A program made the position numbers and the translations under genes. The notes beneath the pieces are model-generated. The model did no database searches. It saw nothing but the letters and a program-made list of their open reading frames with translations, and was not told the origin of the DNA. A stretch of DNA of 59,547 nt, filler included, from Actinomycetota bacterium (GTDB lineage: Bacteria > Actinomycetota > Actinomycetes > JAKEEW01): the NCBI GenBank assembly GCA_046725875.1. It is 4 parts of 4 records of this genome, joined end to end, with 100 filler letters (N's around TTAATTAATTAA, not from the genome) between each part and the next. Parts side by side here need not be neighbours in the genome. Positions count along the whole stretch, not along the records: positions 48,866 to 59,547 come from JBKOZJ010000197.1; 3 more parts are not named here. One strand, given 5' to 3'. Of the stretch, positions 48,866 through 59,223 are shown one piece after another (within the stretch, counting starts at the first letter, position 1; each line of letters begins with the position of its first letter).

Positions 48866-50569
48866 GTCCGGTGCGCAGTTGCTCGCCGGCACCGATACCG
48901 TCGTGCGCGCGCCCAGGCTTCCGTCCGAGTGCACCTTGGCGTACGAGACCTCGTACCCGGTCACCCTGACATCGTCGGTCGACTCCCGCCACGCCAGCTT
49001 GACCGACCACTTCGAGGTTGGATCGTCCGGGTTCGGCGGCTGCGCCACCCCGGTGAGCCCGGTCGGTGCCGTTGGATCTTCGCGGTCGGCGGGGATGGTC
49101 GCCGCGCCCGGAGTAGAGCGGTTGCCGTTCGCATCCACGGCGAAGACCTCGATCGTGTACGAGACGCCCGCCGTCAGCCCCTGGACCGTCGCAGTCGTCC
49201 CGTCGACCGCCGCCCTCACTCCAGGGGCGATTTGCCCGCTCCTGAGTCGCACGAAGGCCAGGTAGCTCACCGAGCTGTCCAGGTTGTCGCGCGCGGCCGC
49301 CCAGCTAACGACCGCAGAGTCCCGGTCCTGCTGAACGATCTGCGGGTTGGCGGGGACGGTCGGCGGCGTGACGTCCGTGACCACGGTCACCGGCGCCGAC
49401 CTCGGCGAGCGGTTGCCGGCAGCGTCGCGGGCTCGGACGGTGAAGTTGTGAGCGCGGTCCTTGGCCAGACCGTTCACGGTCAGCTTGGTGCCCGTGACGG
49501 TGGCGACGAGCCGGTCGCCGACGAAGACCTCGTAGGCTGTGACGCTCACGTTGTCCCTCGACGCAGACCACGCGAGGCTCACCGAGGTGGCGGTCTTCCC
49601 GGTCGCCCGGAGGTTCGCGGGAGTGGTCGGCGCCTGCCGGTCCGCTGGCGGGTTGCTGGGGGGCGAGTTCGGGGACGGAGATTGACCTGGGCTGCGCGCC
49701 TCCGACGGCGGTAGGTGGGTTGGCGGCGTCGGCGTGGTCGGGGTCGGGAGTACGGGAACCCCACCGCTGCGCTGGTAGGCGCGGATCCACGCGAGCACCG
49801 TCTCGACGTACGAGTTCGAGGGGTTGTATGCGTAAAGAGCAGCGCGGAGGTTCGACTCGATGCCGAGGTTCTGTCCCCCGGCGCAGAGATACTGAGCGGC
49901 TGCCAGGGTCGCATCGTAGATGTTGTTCGGGTCCTCGACACCGTCGGCGTTCCCGTCGGTACCCCAGGCTCGCCATGTTCCAGGAAGGAACTGCATCGGC
50001 CCGACCGCGCGGTCCCAGGTGCGATCGCCGTCATAACGGCCGCCGTCCGAGTCGCCGACCTGAGCGATCCCGGCGCCGCCGTCCAACGCGGGCCCGACGA
50101 TCGACGTGACTGTCGTGCCGTCCGCGGTCAGGCTGCCGCCGCCGGCGTGGCGCGACTCAACCTGGCCGATTCCCGCCAACATCTCCCAGGTCAGCCCGCA
50201 CCCTGGAGCCAGGTCGGCCATCTTGTCTGCGGTCGCGATGTACGCGGCGAGCACGTTCACCGGAATGCCCAGGTTCGAGCCGGGGAAGGTGCCCGTCCCG
50301 CTGAGGCTCCCTGGGCTGGTGGGATCGGCGATCGACGGCGGAGGCGGAGCCGGCGGAAGGCTGAGATCCTGCGGAGTCGGCAGGTGGACCGGGGTGGACC
50401 AGGGATCGAACGGATAGGCGGACGAAACAAGCACGCGGGGCGCCGCCTCGCGCGCAAGCGCAACGAAGTCAAAGGCCCCGGTCTGCGGAGCCAAGGCCGC
50501 CCCTGCCATGGCCGCCGCGGCTAATAGCGCCCCGCTGCGGATCGCCACCGTCGTCCGCACTGCTCCCAC
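48866..50569 (-). CDS. Lytic transglycosylase (MltB/SLT_2-like) with fibronectin type III repeats (3' partial)
   Basis: LAGIGQVES, DRAVGPMQFLPGTW, AYNPS; Pro-rich linker; APTTPANL...VRARDAAGNRS. Confidence 0.88.
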
Positions 50570-50806
50570 CCTCCGATGCTCGGGCCTTCACCGTGGCCAG
50601 CTGACTTGGCATACCCACAATGGGGCACACCCGTTCGTCGAAATTAAGATATTCAGAGCGGTCCTGCTAGACCCGGTGGGGAACTCTTAGGCGAGAGATC
50701 GTAAATGCCCCCAAACATTGGCGCCCGGTTCATCGCTTCGTGCCCGGTACGTGCCCCTGGCCGCCCGAATTATCCGGTTTGCGCCGGCTACCGGGCGTAA
50801 AGCCGG

Positions 50807-53515
50807 CTAATGGGCGGCGTCCTCCCAGTTACCGCCAAAGCCAGCCGAGAGGTCGAGCGGGACCCGCATCTTGAACGCGCCGGCCATCTGCTCCTTCACC
50901 AGGGTCTCCACCACGTCGCGCTCGCCGGGCGCGACTTCGAGCACGAGCTCATCGTGGACCTGAAGGAGCATGCGCGACCGCAGGCCGGCGGCGCGTAGGC
51001 CGCCGGCCACGCCGAGCATGGCGACCTTGATGATGTCGGCGGCGGAACCCTGGATTGGCGCGTTGAGCGCCATCCGTTCGGCCATCTCGCGCCGCTGGCG
51101 ATTGTCGCTGGTGAGGTCGGGCAGGTAGCGCCGCCGGCCGAGGACGGTCTCGGTATAGCCGGTCCGGCGTGCCTCACCGACGACGTTGCGCAGGTAGTCG
51201 CGCACCCCGCCGAAGCGTTCGAAATACTCCTCCATCAACCCGCGCGCCTCCTCGGTGGAAATGCCGAGCTGCTGGGAGAGGCCATAGGCCGACAGGCCGT
51301 AGGCGAGGCCGAAATTCATTGCCTTAATCTTCGCCCGCATCGCCGGGGTGACGTCGGCGGCCGGTGTGCCGAATACCCGCGAGGCGGTGGCGGCATGAAA
51401 GTCGGCGCCCGAGTGCAGGGCGTCGATCAATCCGGCGTCTTCGGACAGATGGGCCATGATCCGCATCTCGATCTGGCTGTAGTCCGCGGTCATCAACGAC
51501 TCGAAACCGTCGCCCACGATGAACGCGCGCCGGATCTGGCGCCCCTCTTCGGTACGGATCGGAACGTTCTGCAGATTCGGGTCCGTGGACGACAGCCGTC
51601 CGGTCGCCGCGATCATCTGGTTGAAGGTGGTGTGAATGCGGCCATCGTCCTCGATGGACTTGATGAGTCCCTCGACCGTGGTGCGCAGCTTGGACACGTC
51701 GCGGTGGCGCAGGAGGTGCGCAAGCAGCGGATGCTCGGTCTGCGCATAAAGGCCGGCGAGGGCATCGGCATCGGTCGTATAGCCCGTCTTGATCCGCTTG
51801 GTCTTCGGCAGCCCCAGCTCGTCGAAGAGGATGCTCTGCAGCTGCTTCGGCGAGCCGAGGTTGAACTCGCGGCCCACGACCGCGTAGGCCTGCTCGGCTG
51901 CGGTCTTCACCTCGGCCGCAAAGCCGGCCTCGAGGTCGGCGAGGTAGTCGGCGTCCGCGGCGATGCCGGTCTGCTCCATGTCGGCGAGCACCTGGACTAG
52001 CGGCAGCTCCACATCGCGGAGAAGCAACATGCCATTCTTGCCCGCTAGCTCCTTGTCGAGCACCTCGGCGAGGTCGATGATGGCCCTAGCTCGCACGATA
52101 AGCGCATCCGCCTCATCGGCCTCGTCAGCGCCGTCAAGCGACAGCTGTCCAGTCTCTGCTTCTCCCTCTGCCCTCAGCTCGCGGCGGAGGAAGCGCAACG
52201 TGAGGTCCGCGAGGTCGAAGGTGCGCTGCCCGGGAAGGGCGAGATAGGCGGATAGCGCCGTGTCGCTGTCGAGCCCGCGCAGCTCCCAGCCACGAGCTCG
52301 GAAGGCCAACAGCGGGCCCTTGGCGTCGTGCATGGCCTTGGGGCGATCGGTGTCGGCGAGCCAGTCGCCAAAAGCCCGGTCGTCCTCGGCGGTGGTCTGC
52401 GCCGGATCGAACCAGGCACCGGCGCCGTCCGTCGACGCCAGTGCCACTCCGGTCAGGTTTCCGGTGCCGCGACCCCAGCTGCCGGCCGCCGCGACACCGA
52501 CCCGGTCCTTTCCAGTGGCGTGCTCCCCCAGCCATTCCGGCAGGTCACCGGGCGCCAGGACTCGGCCATCCACAGCGAAGCCCGCCTCCGCCTCGGGCTC
52601 GGTCATGGTGAGCGTCTGGTAGAGGCGGTCGCGCAGCACCCGGAACTGGAGTGTGTCGAAAACGGCGTGCACAGCGTCGCGGTCCCAGCCGGGCCAACGC
52701 AGATCGTCCGGGTGGAGGTCGAGCGGCACGTCCCGAACGAGCTCGGTGAGCTGCCGGTTGGTCATGACCGACGCGAGATGAGCGCGCAGCGCGTCGCCGG
52801 CCTTGCCCTTCACCTCGTCCACCCGGTCGATCAACGTGTCGAGCGACCCGAAGTCGATGATCCACTTCGTTGCGGTCTTCTCTCCCACGCCCGGGATCCC
52901 CGGCAGGTTGTCACTCGGGTCACCGCGCAGCGCCGCGAAGTCTGGATACTGCTGCGGCGTGAGGCCGTACTTCTCCGCGACGGCCTCGGGGGTCATGCGG
53001 GCGAGATCGGACACGCCGCGCCGGGCGTACAGCACAGTGACCGAGTCGGACACCAGCTGGAACACATCCCGATCGCCGGTGACGATGAGAATCTCGAAGC
53101 CCTCGGCCTCGGCCTGAGTGGAGAGCGTGGCGATAAGGTCGTCGGCCTCGTAACCCTCCAGTGCGAGCTTGCCGATCCGCAGTGCGTCGAGCACCTCGCC
53201 GATCAGCTCGACTTGGCCGCGGAAGTCGACGGGCGCCTCGGTCCGCTTCGCTTTGTATTCGGCGAACTTCTCCGCCCGAAAGGTCTTGCGGGATACGTCG
53301 AATGCAACCGCGATATGCGTCGGCTGCTCGTCCCGCAATGCGTTGATCAACATGGCGGTGAAGCCGTAGACCGCGTTGGTCGGCTGCCCGGTGGTGGTCG
53401 AGAAGTTCTCCACCGGCAGCGCGAAGAATGCTCGGTAGGCCAGCGAGTGGCCATCGAGCAAGAGCAGCCGCTTGCGACGTGCCGGCTGAGCTCCGGCGCT
53501 GCCGTTCATACTCAC
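50807..53515 (-). CDS. polA: DNA polymerase I
   Basis: LLLDGHSLAYRAFFA, GDPSDN, TGRLSSTDPNLQN, ADYSQIEMR, LQVHDE; TAGAGT-7 bp-GTG start (the ORF-track extension to 54013 is spurious). Confidence 0.97.
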   Translation of the reverse strand: MSMNGSAGAQPARRKRLLLLDGHSLAYRAFFALPVENFSTTTGQPTNAVYGFTAMLINALRDEQPTHIAVAFDVSRKTFRAEKFAEYKAKRTEAPVDFRGQVELIGEVLDALRIGKLALEGYEADDLIATLSTQAEAEGFEILIVTGDRDVFQLVSDSVTVLYARRGVSDLARMTPEAVAEKYGLTPQQYPDFAALRGDPSDNLPGIPGVGEKTATKWIIDFGSLDTLIDRVDEVKGKAGDALRAHLASVMTNRQLTELVRDVPLDLHPDDLRWPGWDRDAVHAVFDTLQFRVLRDRLYQTLTMTEPEAEAGFAVDGRVLAPGDLPEWLGEHATGKDRVGVAAAGSWGRGTGNLTGVALASTDGAGAWFDPAQTTAEDDRAFGDWLADTDRPKAMHDAKGPLLAFRARGWELRGLDSDTALSAYLALPGQRTFDLADLTLRFLRRELRAEGEAETGQLSLDGADEADEADALIVRARAIIDLAEVLDKELAGKNGMLLLRDVELPLVQVLADMEQTGIAADADYLADLEAGFAAEVKTAAEQAYAVVGREFNLGSPKQLQSILFDELGLPKTKRIKTGYTTDADALAGLYAQTEHPLLAHLLRHRDVSKLRTTVEGLIKSIEDDGRIHTTFNQMIAATGRLSSTDPNLQNVPIRTEEGRQIRRAFIVGDGFESLMTADYSQIEMRIMAHLSEDAGLIDALHSGADFHAATASRVFGTPAADVTPAMRAKIKAMNFGLAYGLSAYGLSQQLGISTEEARGLMEEYFERFGGVRDYLRNVVGEARRTGYTETVLGRRRYLPDLTSDNRQRREMAERMALNAPIQGSAADIIKVAMLGVAGGLRAAGLRSRMLLQVHDELVLEVAPGERDVVETLVKEQMAGAFKMRVPLDLSAGFGGNWEDAAH

Positions 53516-53593
53516 AGCGGCAACTCTAGGAGGTCGTGCTGACAGGATGCTGGTGCGTCGACGTGATCTCCTAATGTCTTGTACGACAACGGA

Positions 53594-54043
53594 ATGCGCG
53601 GCGAGGAGGATCGCGTGGACGGCCTCAGCTGGGTACGGCAAATGGGTGCCGGGACGTTGGCCGAGCGGATGGGCATCGAGTTCATGGCGGTTGACGCGAA
53701 GCGGCTGGTCGCCCGGATGCCGGTGGCCGGGAACACCCAGCCGTACGGCCTGCTCCACGGCGGCGCCTCGGCCACCCTCGCCGAGACGCTCGGGTCGATC
53801 GGTGCACAACTGAGCGCGGGCCCCGATGCCCAGGCGCTCGGCATCGAGCTCTCGTGTACGCACCACCGCGCCGTCCGGGACGGCTACGTGACCGGGGTTG
53901 CCATACCCATCCATCTCGGCCGCACGGTGGCAACCTACGAGATCATCGTCAGCGACGACGCCGGCCGGCGGGTCTGCACCTCCCGCCTCACCTGCCTGCT
54001 TCGCTACCCACACTCCACCGGCCGAGGCGGTGGGGCGTCCTAG
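53594..54043 (+). CDS. PaaI/hotdog-fold thioesterase
   Basis: NTQPYGLLHGGASATLAETLGS, HLGRT, CTSRLTC. Confidence 0.92.
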   Translation: MRGEEDRVDGLSWVRQMGAGTLAERMGIEFMAVDAKRLVARMPVAGNTQPYGLLHGGASATLAETLGSIGAQLSAGPDAQALGIELSCTHHRAVRDGYVTGVAIPIHLGRTVATYEIIVSDDAGRRVCTSRLTCLLRYPHSTGRGGGAS

Positions 54044-54660
54044 TCGGTGCGGAGGGGTTCGGCGGAGCGCTCGGCTAGCCGGACCATGACGGCTCGGATG
54101 CGCGACCTGGTGAGGAATTTCTTGCGCCGCTCGAAGAGGTCGTTGGCCACGTCGGCGCGGAACTCGTCGGCCGCAAGCCGCCGTCGCAGCACGGCGGCCG
54201 AGGACGAGCGGACCATCATGAGCGGCCGCAGGCCGAGGCGGGCGAAGAACCGGCTCGCGTCGCGCAGCGTGGGGTCCACCGTGACCGACACCTGATCTGC
54301 GCCGATCTCGTCGGCGTAGTCGAGTACGGCGGCCACCAAGGCGCGGCCCATCCCGCGGCGCCGGTGCGCAGGCCGCACGTGGATGTAGCCGATGTGTACG
54401 GCGTTGAATTCCTGCAGCGGCACGAGCGGCTGGCGGACGGCGTAGGCGAGTCCGACCGGCTCGTCGTCGATCACAGCCACGAACAGCCGGACATCGGGAT
54501 CCTCTGCGAGCTTCAGCATCTCGGCAGCTGCCGATAAAGGATCAACCATGGCCCGGCCGAGCCGGCCACCGCCGGTCTCGCGGAGCTCCTCCCACATCTC
54601 CTCGATGGCCGGAAGGTCGTCATATCGGGCCCGCCGGACCACTTGACTCAGTCGGCTCAC
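54040..54660 (-). CDS. GNAT family N-acetyltransferase
   Basis: VRRARYDD, HVRPAHRRRGMGRAL, FFARLG; GTG 54660 follows GGAGG. Confidence 0.88.
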   Translation of the reverse strand: MSRLSQVVRRARYDDLPAIEEMWEELRETGGGRLGRAMVDPLSAAAEMLKLAEDPDVRLFVAVIDDEPVGLAYAVRQPLVPLQEFNAVHIGYIHVRPAHRRRGMGRALVAAVLDYADEIGADQVSVTVDPTLRDASRFFARLGLRPLMMVRSSSAAVLRRRLAADEFRADVANDLFERRKKFLTRSRIRAVMVRLAERSAEPLRTD

Positions 54661-55114
54661 CGCCACCTCCGCTCGTCGCGCCGACCTTAAGGCGTCGCCC
54701 ACCCGCCCCCGGGGCGGGTCTGAGGGGAGCGACCCCCGGCTCCCGCGGCGGCGGTGCAGAGCCCACCCGGCAATGAAGCCAGCGCGGCTCGGTGCCGGGA
54801 ACTTCGGATGTGCGGAGCGTACGACCTTTCGGCCGATTCGCCCAGTAGCAACAGTCAGGCCTGGCGCTGGGAACGGTGCATCTCCCGAACCCGGGACCGT
54901 GGCGACTTGGGCGGGCACCCGCAGCGCCCGCGCATTGTCGCTGGTAGGGCCGCTATAACAGAGAGTCAGTGATTGCGTACGGGAAGTAGGAGGCGCGATT
55001 ATCACCGATTGGTGAAGATCTTCCGGTACTTGGACCGGAAGGCTATGCTCCGCCAGACGTCCGCAGCACCCTGTGGGCATCAGACTTCATCGTTCTCATT
55101 GCGAGGGAGCACCC

Positions 55115-56401
55115 GTGCGCAGGGCAGTCATTGCGTTCACGGCCTTCCTAGGTGGGCTCTTCCTGTTTCTCGGCCTGTCGGCGACGAGCGGGTCCGCCCA
55201 GGAAAAGGGCAAGGAAGCGCTCCAAGGAACGTTGATAAGCGACGGCAAGCCCGTTGCTGGAGTGAAGATCGACGTGAAGGCCGAGGATGGCGCGGCCGCG
55301 GGCAGCGACAGGTCGGACGCGAAGGGCAAGTGGCGCGTCAAGGTTCCGGGGCCCGGCCGGTACGAGATCACGCTCGACACTGCCACCCTCCCCGAGGGCA
55401 TCGGCCTGGTGAACGAGGATCAGCAGACCCTGCGGGTGCAGGTCTTCGCCGGGAACGCCCGGACTGTGCTCTTCCGGCTCGCACCGGGTGGTGGCGGCGG
55501 CGACGAGGGGGGCAAGTCGAAGTGGGACCAGGTCCCACAGCTCGCCTTCGACGGCATCGCATTCGGTCTCATCATCGCGATGGCGGCGCTGGGTCTGTCG
55601 CTGATATACGGGACGACCGGGCTGACCAACTTCGCCCACGGCGAGCTGGTCACCCTCGGTGCCCTCGTCGCCTACTACTTCAATGTGACGGTCGGTATGA
55701 ATCTCATCCCGGCCGCAATCCTCGCCATCGTGGTCGGCGGGATCCTGGGCTATCTGCAGGACCGATTCTTTTGGGGGTGGCTCCGCCACCGCGGCACGGG
55801 ACTGATCGCGATGATGATCGTCTCGATCGGCGTCGCGCTGGTGCTCCGCCATGCCTACCTCTACTTCGTCGGCGGCCAGTCTCGTCAGTTCGCCGACTAC
55901 ACGCTCCAGGCGGGCTGGGAGTGGGGCCCGATCACCGTCACGCCCGCCTCGCTGACTGGGATGGTGATCGCGGCCGTCGTGCTCGCGGTCGTCGGTCTCG
56001 CTTTGCTGCGTACCCGATTGGGTAAGGCGACCAGGGCGGTCGCCGACAACCCGTCTCTCGCGGCGTCGTCCGGAATTGACGTGGAACGCGTGATCAGGCT
56101 CGTCTGGACGGCCGGGGCGGGGATAGCGGCGCTGTCCGGCATCCTGCTGGGCCTGAAGCAGTCGGTGAACTACCAGATGGGCTTCCAGATCCTGCTGCTG
56201 GTCTTCGCCGGCGTGATACTTGGCGGGCTCGGCACCGCCTACGGCGCACTGGTGGGGTCGCTGCTCGTCGGCCTGATGATCCAGCTCTCCACGCTCTTCA
56301 TCCCGGAGGAGATGAAGAACGTCGGCGCGCTGCTCGTCCTCATCGTCGTTCTCCTCATCCGGCCGCAGGGCATCCTCGGCCGCGCGGAGCGGGTGGGCTG
56401 A
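55115..56401 (+). CDS. livH: Branched-chain amino acid ABC permease with an N-terminal extracytoplasmic domain
   Basis: GLSLIYGTTGLTNFAHGE, TRLGKATRAVADN, RPQGILG. Confidence 0.9.
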   Translation: MRRAVIAFTAFLGGLFLFLGLSATSGSAQEKGKEALQGTLISDGKPVAGVKIDVKAEDGAAAGSDRSDAKGKWRVKVPGPGRYEITLDTATLPEGIGLVNEDQQTLRVQVFAGNARTVLFRLAPGGGGGDEGGKSKWDQVPQLAFDGIAFGLIIAMAALGLSLIYGTTGLTNFAHGELVTLGALVAYYFNVTVGMNLIPAAILAIVVGGILGYLQDRFFWGWLRHRGTGLIAMMIVSIGVALVLRHAYLYFVGGQSRQFADYTLQAGWEWGPITVTPASLTGMVIAAVVLAVVGLALLRTRLGKATRAVADNPSLAASSGIDVERVIRLVWTAGAGIAALSGILLGLKQSVNYQMGFQILLLVFAGVILGGLGTAYGALVGSLLVGLMIQLSTLFIPEEMKNVGALLVLIVVLLIRPQGILGRAERVG

Positions 56402-56415
56402 GAGGAGCCGACTGA

Positions 56416-57408
56416 GTGAACTGGGAAACCATCCTGTCGGTCAGCGTTGAGGCGGGCATCGGCACCAACGCCGTCATCTACATGCTGGCAGCGATCGGTA
56501 TCAACGTGCAGTTCGGCTACACCGGCCTGCTCAACTTCGGGCAGGCGGCCTTCATGGCGGTCGGCGCCTACGGCATCGCGATCAGCGTCGCAACGTGGGG
56601 GCTCAACTTCTGGGTCGGCGTGCTGATTGGCCTGGCCGGCTCGGTCGCGCTGGCCCTGCTGCTCGGCATACCTACCCTGCGGCTGCGCGCGGACTATCTC
56701 GCCATCGTCACCCTCGCCGCGGCAGAGATCTTCAGACTCGTTGTCCGCACGTCGAACTACCGCGGCATCACCGGAGGCACTGACGGCCTCCAGCAGTTCT
56801 CCCAGGCGTTCTTCGACATCAACCCCTACGGCCGCGGTGAGTACGGCGTGGGCCCGGTGAGCTTCGACGAGCGGACCTTCTGGGTAATCACCATCGGCTG
56901 GATCCTCGCGTTGCTTTGCTGCCTCGTGGTCTACCTGCTGATGCGCAGCCCGTGGGGGCGAGTGCTGAAGGCCATCCGGGAGGACGAGGACGCGGTCCGC
57001 AGTCTCGGCAAGAACGTCTTCGCCTACAAGATGCAGTCACTTGTCCTGGGCGGCATGATCGGCTGCCTGGCCGGCTTCATCTTCGCTCTGTCCACCGGCT
57101 CGGTGCTGCCCGACAGCTACGCGCCGGAGGTCACCTTCTTCGTGTACACGATCGTCATCCTCGGGGGAGCCGCGCGGGTCTTCGGACCGGTCGTCGGTGC
57201 GGTGATCTTCTGGTTGATCATCCAGTTCACTGATCAACTGCTCCGCCAGGCGATCGGCGCGGGCTACATCCCCACGTCGATCATGGACACCACGCAGGTG
57301 GGTGCGGTCCGCTTTATCCTGGTCGGGGTGGGATTGATACTGCTCATGGTTTTCCGCCCACAGGGTATCTTCGGCGACAAGAGGGAGATCGCACTCGATG
57401 CACGCTGA
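56416..57408 (+). CDS. livM: Branched-chain amino acid ABC permease
   Basis: GYTGLLNFGQ, LRLRADYLAIVT, SPWGRVLKAIREDE. Confidence 0.92.
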   Translation: MNWETILSVSVEAGIGTNAVIYMLAAIGINVQFGYTGLLNFGQAAFMAVGAYGIAISVATWGLNFWVGVLIGLAGSVALALLLGIPTLRLRADYLAIVTLAAAEIFRLVVRTSNYRGITGGTDGLQQFSQAFFDINPYGRGEYGVGPVSFDERTFWVITIGWILALLCCLVVYLLMRSPWGRVLKAIREDEDAVRSLGKNVFAYKMQSLVLGGMIGCLAGFIFALSTGSVLPDSYAPEVTFFVYTIVILGGAARVFGPVVGAVIFWLIIQFTDQLLRQAIGAGYIPTSIMDTTQVGAVRFILVGVGLILLMVFRPQGIFGDKREIALDAR

Positions 57409-58366
57409 GGAAACAGTCAGCGCCGCAGACGCGGCCGTGTCCGGGGACCGCGAGGCGGCCGCTCGGGCCGCGTTGGCCACCATCCCGTCGGAGCCGGGGG
57501 CGACCAAACCTGACCCGATCCTGGTCGCCCGAAACGTCGTACGCCGGTTCGGCGGTCTGACCGCCGTCGACGTGGACCACTTCGAGGTCCAGCGCGGCTC
57601 CATCACCGCGCTCATCGGCCCGAACGGCGCCGGCAAGACTACCTTCTTCAACGTCCTGACCGGCTTCGACAGCGCCGACGGCGGAGAGTGGACCTTTAAC
57701 GGCAGCCGGGTCACTGGCCTCCCCCCGCACAAGTTGGCCCGGCAGGGCATGGTGCGCACCTTCCAGCTCACCAAGGCGCTCGCCAAGCTTCCGGTGATCG
57801 AGAACATGCGGCTCGGCGCTCAAGGCCAGCGCGGTGAGCACTTCCTGGCAGCCTTGCTTGCCAACATCTGGCAGTCTCAAGAAGCCGAAATCACCGAACG
57901 CGCCGACGAACTCCTCGAGCGGTTCAGGCTCGACCGGATGCGCGACGAGTTCGCCGGCGAGCTCTCCGGCGGGCAGCGCAAGCTGCTCGAAATGGCCCGG
58001 GCGCTCATGGTCGGTCCCGAGCTGGTCATGCTCGACGAGCCGATGGCCGGCGTGAACCCGGCGCTTACCCAGTCGCTGCTGCGGCACGTACGGTCCCTGC
58101 GCGACGAGGGCATGACGGTCCTCTTCGTCGAGCACGACATGGACATGGTCTGCGACATCAGCGACTGGGTGATCGTGATGGCTCAGGGCGAGATCGTGGC
58201 CGAGGGTCCGCCGGAGAAGGTGATGGTGGACGAGACGGTCATCGACGCCTACCTCGGCTCGCATCACGACGCACCGGTGAGCGAGGCAGAGGCGGAGCTC
58301 CAGCTTGCCGAGGCCGAGGCGGAGCTCGAGAAGGAGATCGCCGAGACCGAGCAGGAGCGGGCGTGA
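57398..58366 (+). CDS. livG: Branched-chain amino acid ABC ATP-binding protein
   Basis: FGGLTAV, GPNGAGKTT, RTFQ, LSGGQ, LDEP, VIDAYLG. Confidence 0.92.
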   Translation: MHAEETVSAADAAVSGDREAAARAALATIPSEPGATKPDPILVARNVVRRFGGLTAVDVDHFEVQRGSITALIGPNGAGKTTFFNVLTGFDSADGGEWTFNGSRVTGLPPHKLARQGMVRTFQLTKALAKLPVIENMRLGAQGQRGEHFLAALLANIWQSQEAEITERADELLERFRLDRMRDEFAGELSGGQRKLLEMARALMVGPELVMLDEPMAGVNPALTQSLLRHVRSLRDEGMTVLFVEHDMDMVCDISDWVIVMAQGEIVAEGPPEKVMVDETVIDAYLGSHHDAPVSEAEAELQLAEAEAELEKEIAETEQERA

Positions 58367-59178
58367 TGAGCGTCGAGTTCACCGATGGTGCCGGCCCGGA
58401 GCAACGGCGGTCTGCGCGCACCCAGGTGGACCGGTCGGCCCACCTCGCCGGTGCCGACGGTGCCCTACTGAGGGCGGACGAGATCGTCGCGGGCTACGTC
58501 CCCGAGGTCAACATCCTTAACGGGACCGATCTTTACGTACGGGAGGGCGAGCTCGTCGGCATTATCGGGCCGAACGGCGCCGGTAAGTCCACCCTGGTCA
58601 AGGCGCTCTTCGGCCTGGTCCATGTGCGTAGCGGCCGCGTGACATTGCGCGGCAAGGACATCACCAACTCGAAGACGCACGAGCTGGTGTCCAAGGGTGT
58701 CGGCTACGTGCCGCAGATCAACAATGTCTTCCCGAGCCTCACCGTCGAAGAGAACCTGGAGATGGGCGTCTACCAGTCGCCCAAGAAGTTCCGGCAACGC
58801 TTCGACACCGTCGCCGAGCTATTCCCTGCGCTGGCGGAACGCCGCCGCCAGCGCACCGGATCGCTGTCCGGTGGCGAGCGGCAGATGGTGGCCATGGCCC
58901 GCGCACTCATGACCGAGCCGTCGGTGCTGCTCTTGGACGAGCCCTCGGCGGGCCTGTCCCCGAAGCTGCAGGACCAGGTCTTCATCCGGGCTCAGCAGGT
59001 CAACCGCATCGGCGTTACGGTCGTCATGGTCGAGCAGAACGCCCGCCGCTGTCTGCAGATCTGCAACCGCGGCTACGTGCTCGACCAGGGTCGGAACGCC
59101 TACACGGCAACCGGCCAGGAGCTCATGCACGACCCGAAGGTCATCGAGCTCTACCTCGGCTCGCTTGCTCGCGTCTGA
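58363..59178 (+). CDS. livF: Branched-chain amino acid ABC ATP-binding protein
   Basis: GPNGAGKST, LSGGERQM, LDEPSAGL, VEQNA, YLG. Confidence 0.92.
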   Translation: MMSVEFTDGAGPEQRRSARTQVDRSAHLAGADGALLRADEIVAGYVPEVNILNGTDLYVREGELVGIIGPNGAGKSTLVKALFGLVHVRSGRVTLRGKDITNSKTHELVSKGVGYVPQINNVFPSLTVEENLEMGVYQSPKKFRQRFDTVAELFPALAERRRQRTGSLSGGERQMVAMARALMTEPSVLLLDEPSAGLSPKLQDQVFIRAQQVNRIGVTVVMVEQNARRCLQICNRGYVLDQGRNAYTATGQELMHDPKVIELYLGSLARV

Positions 59179-59223
59179 GGGATGCTCGGCAGTCTCCGAG
59201 TGTGCCGACCGTAGGATCTCGGC

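Noticed and set aside
53516..54013. N-terminally extended PolA (1068 aa)
   Set aside because: The extension is antisense to the thioesterase gene; a leaderless start at 53515 fits better.
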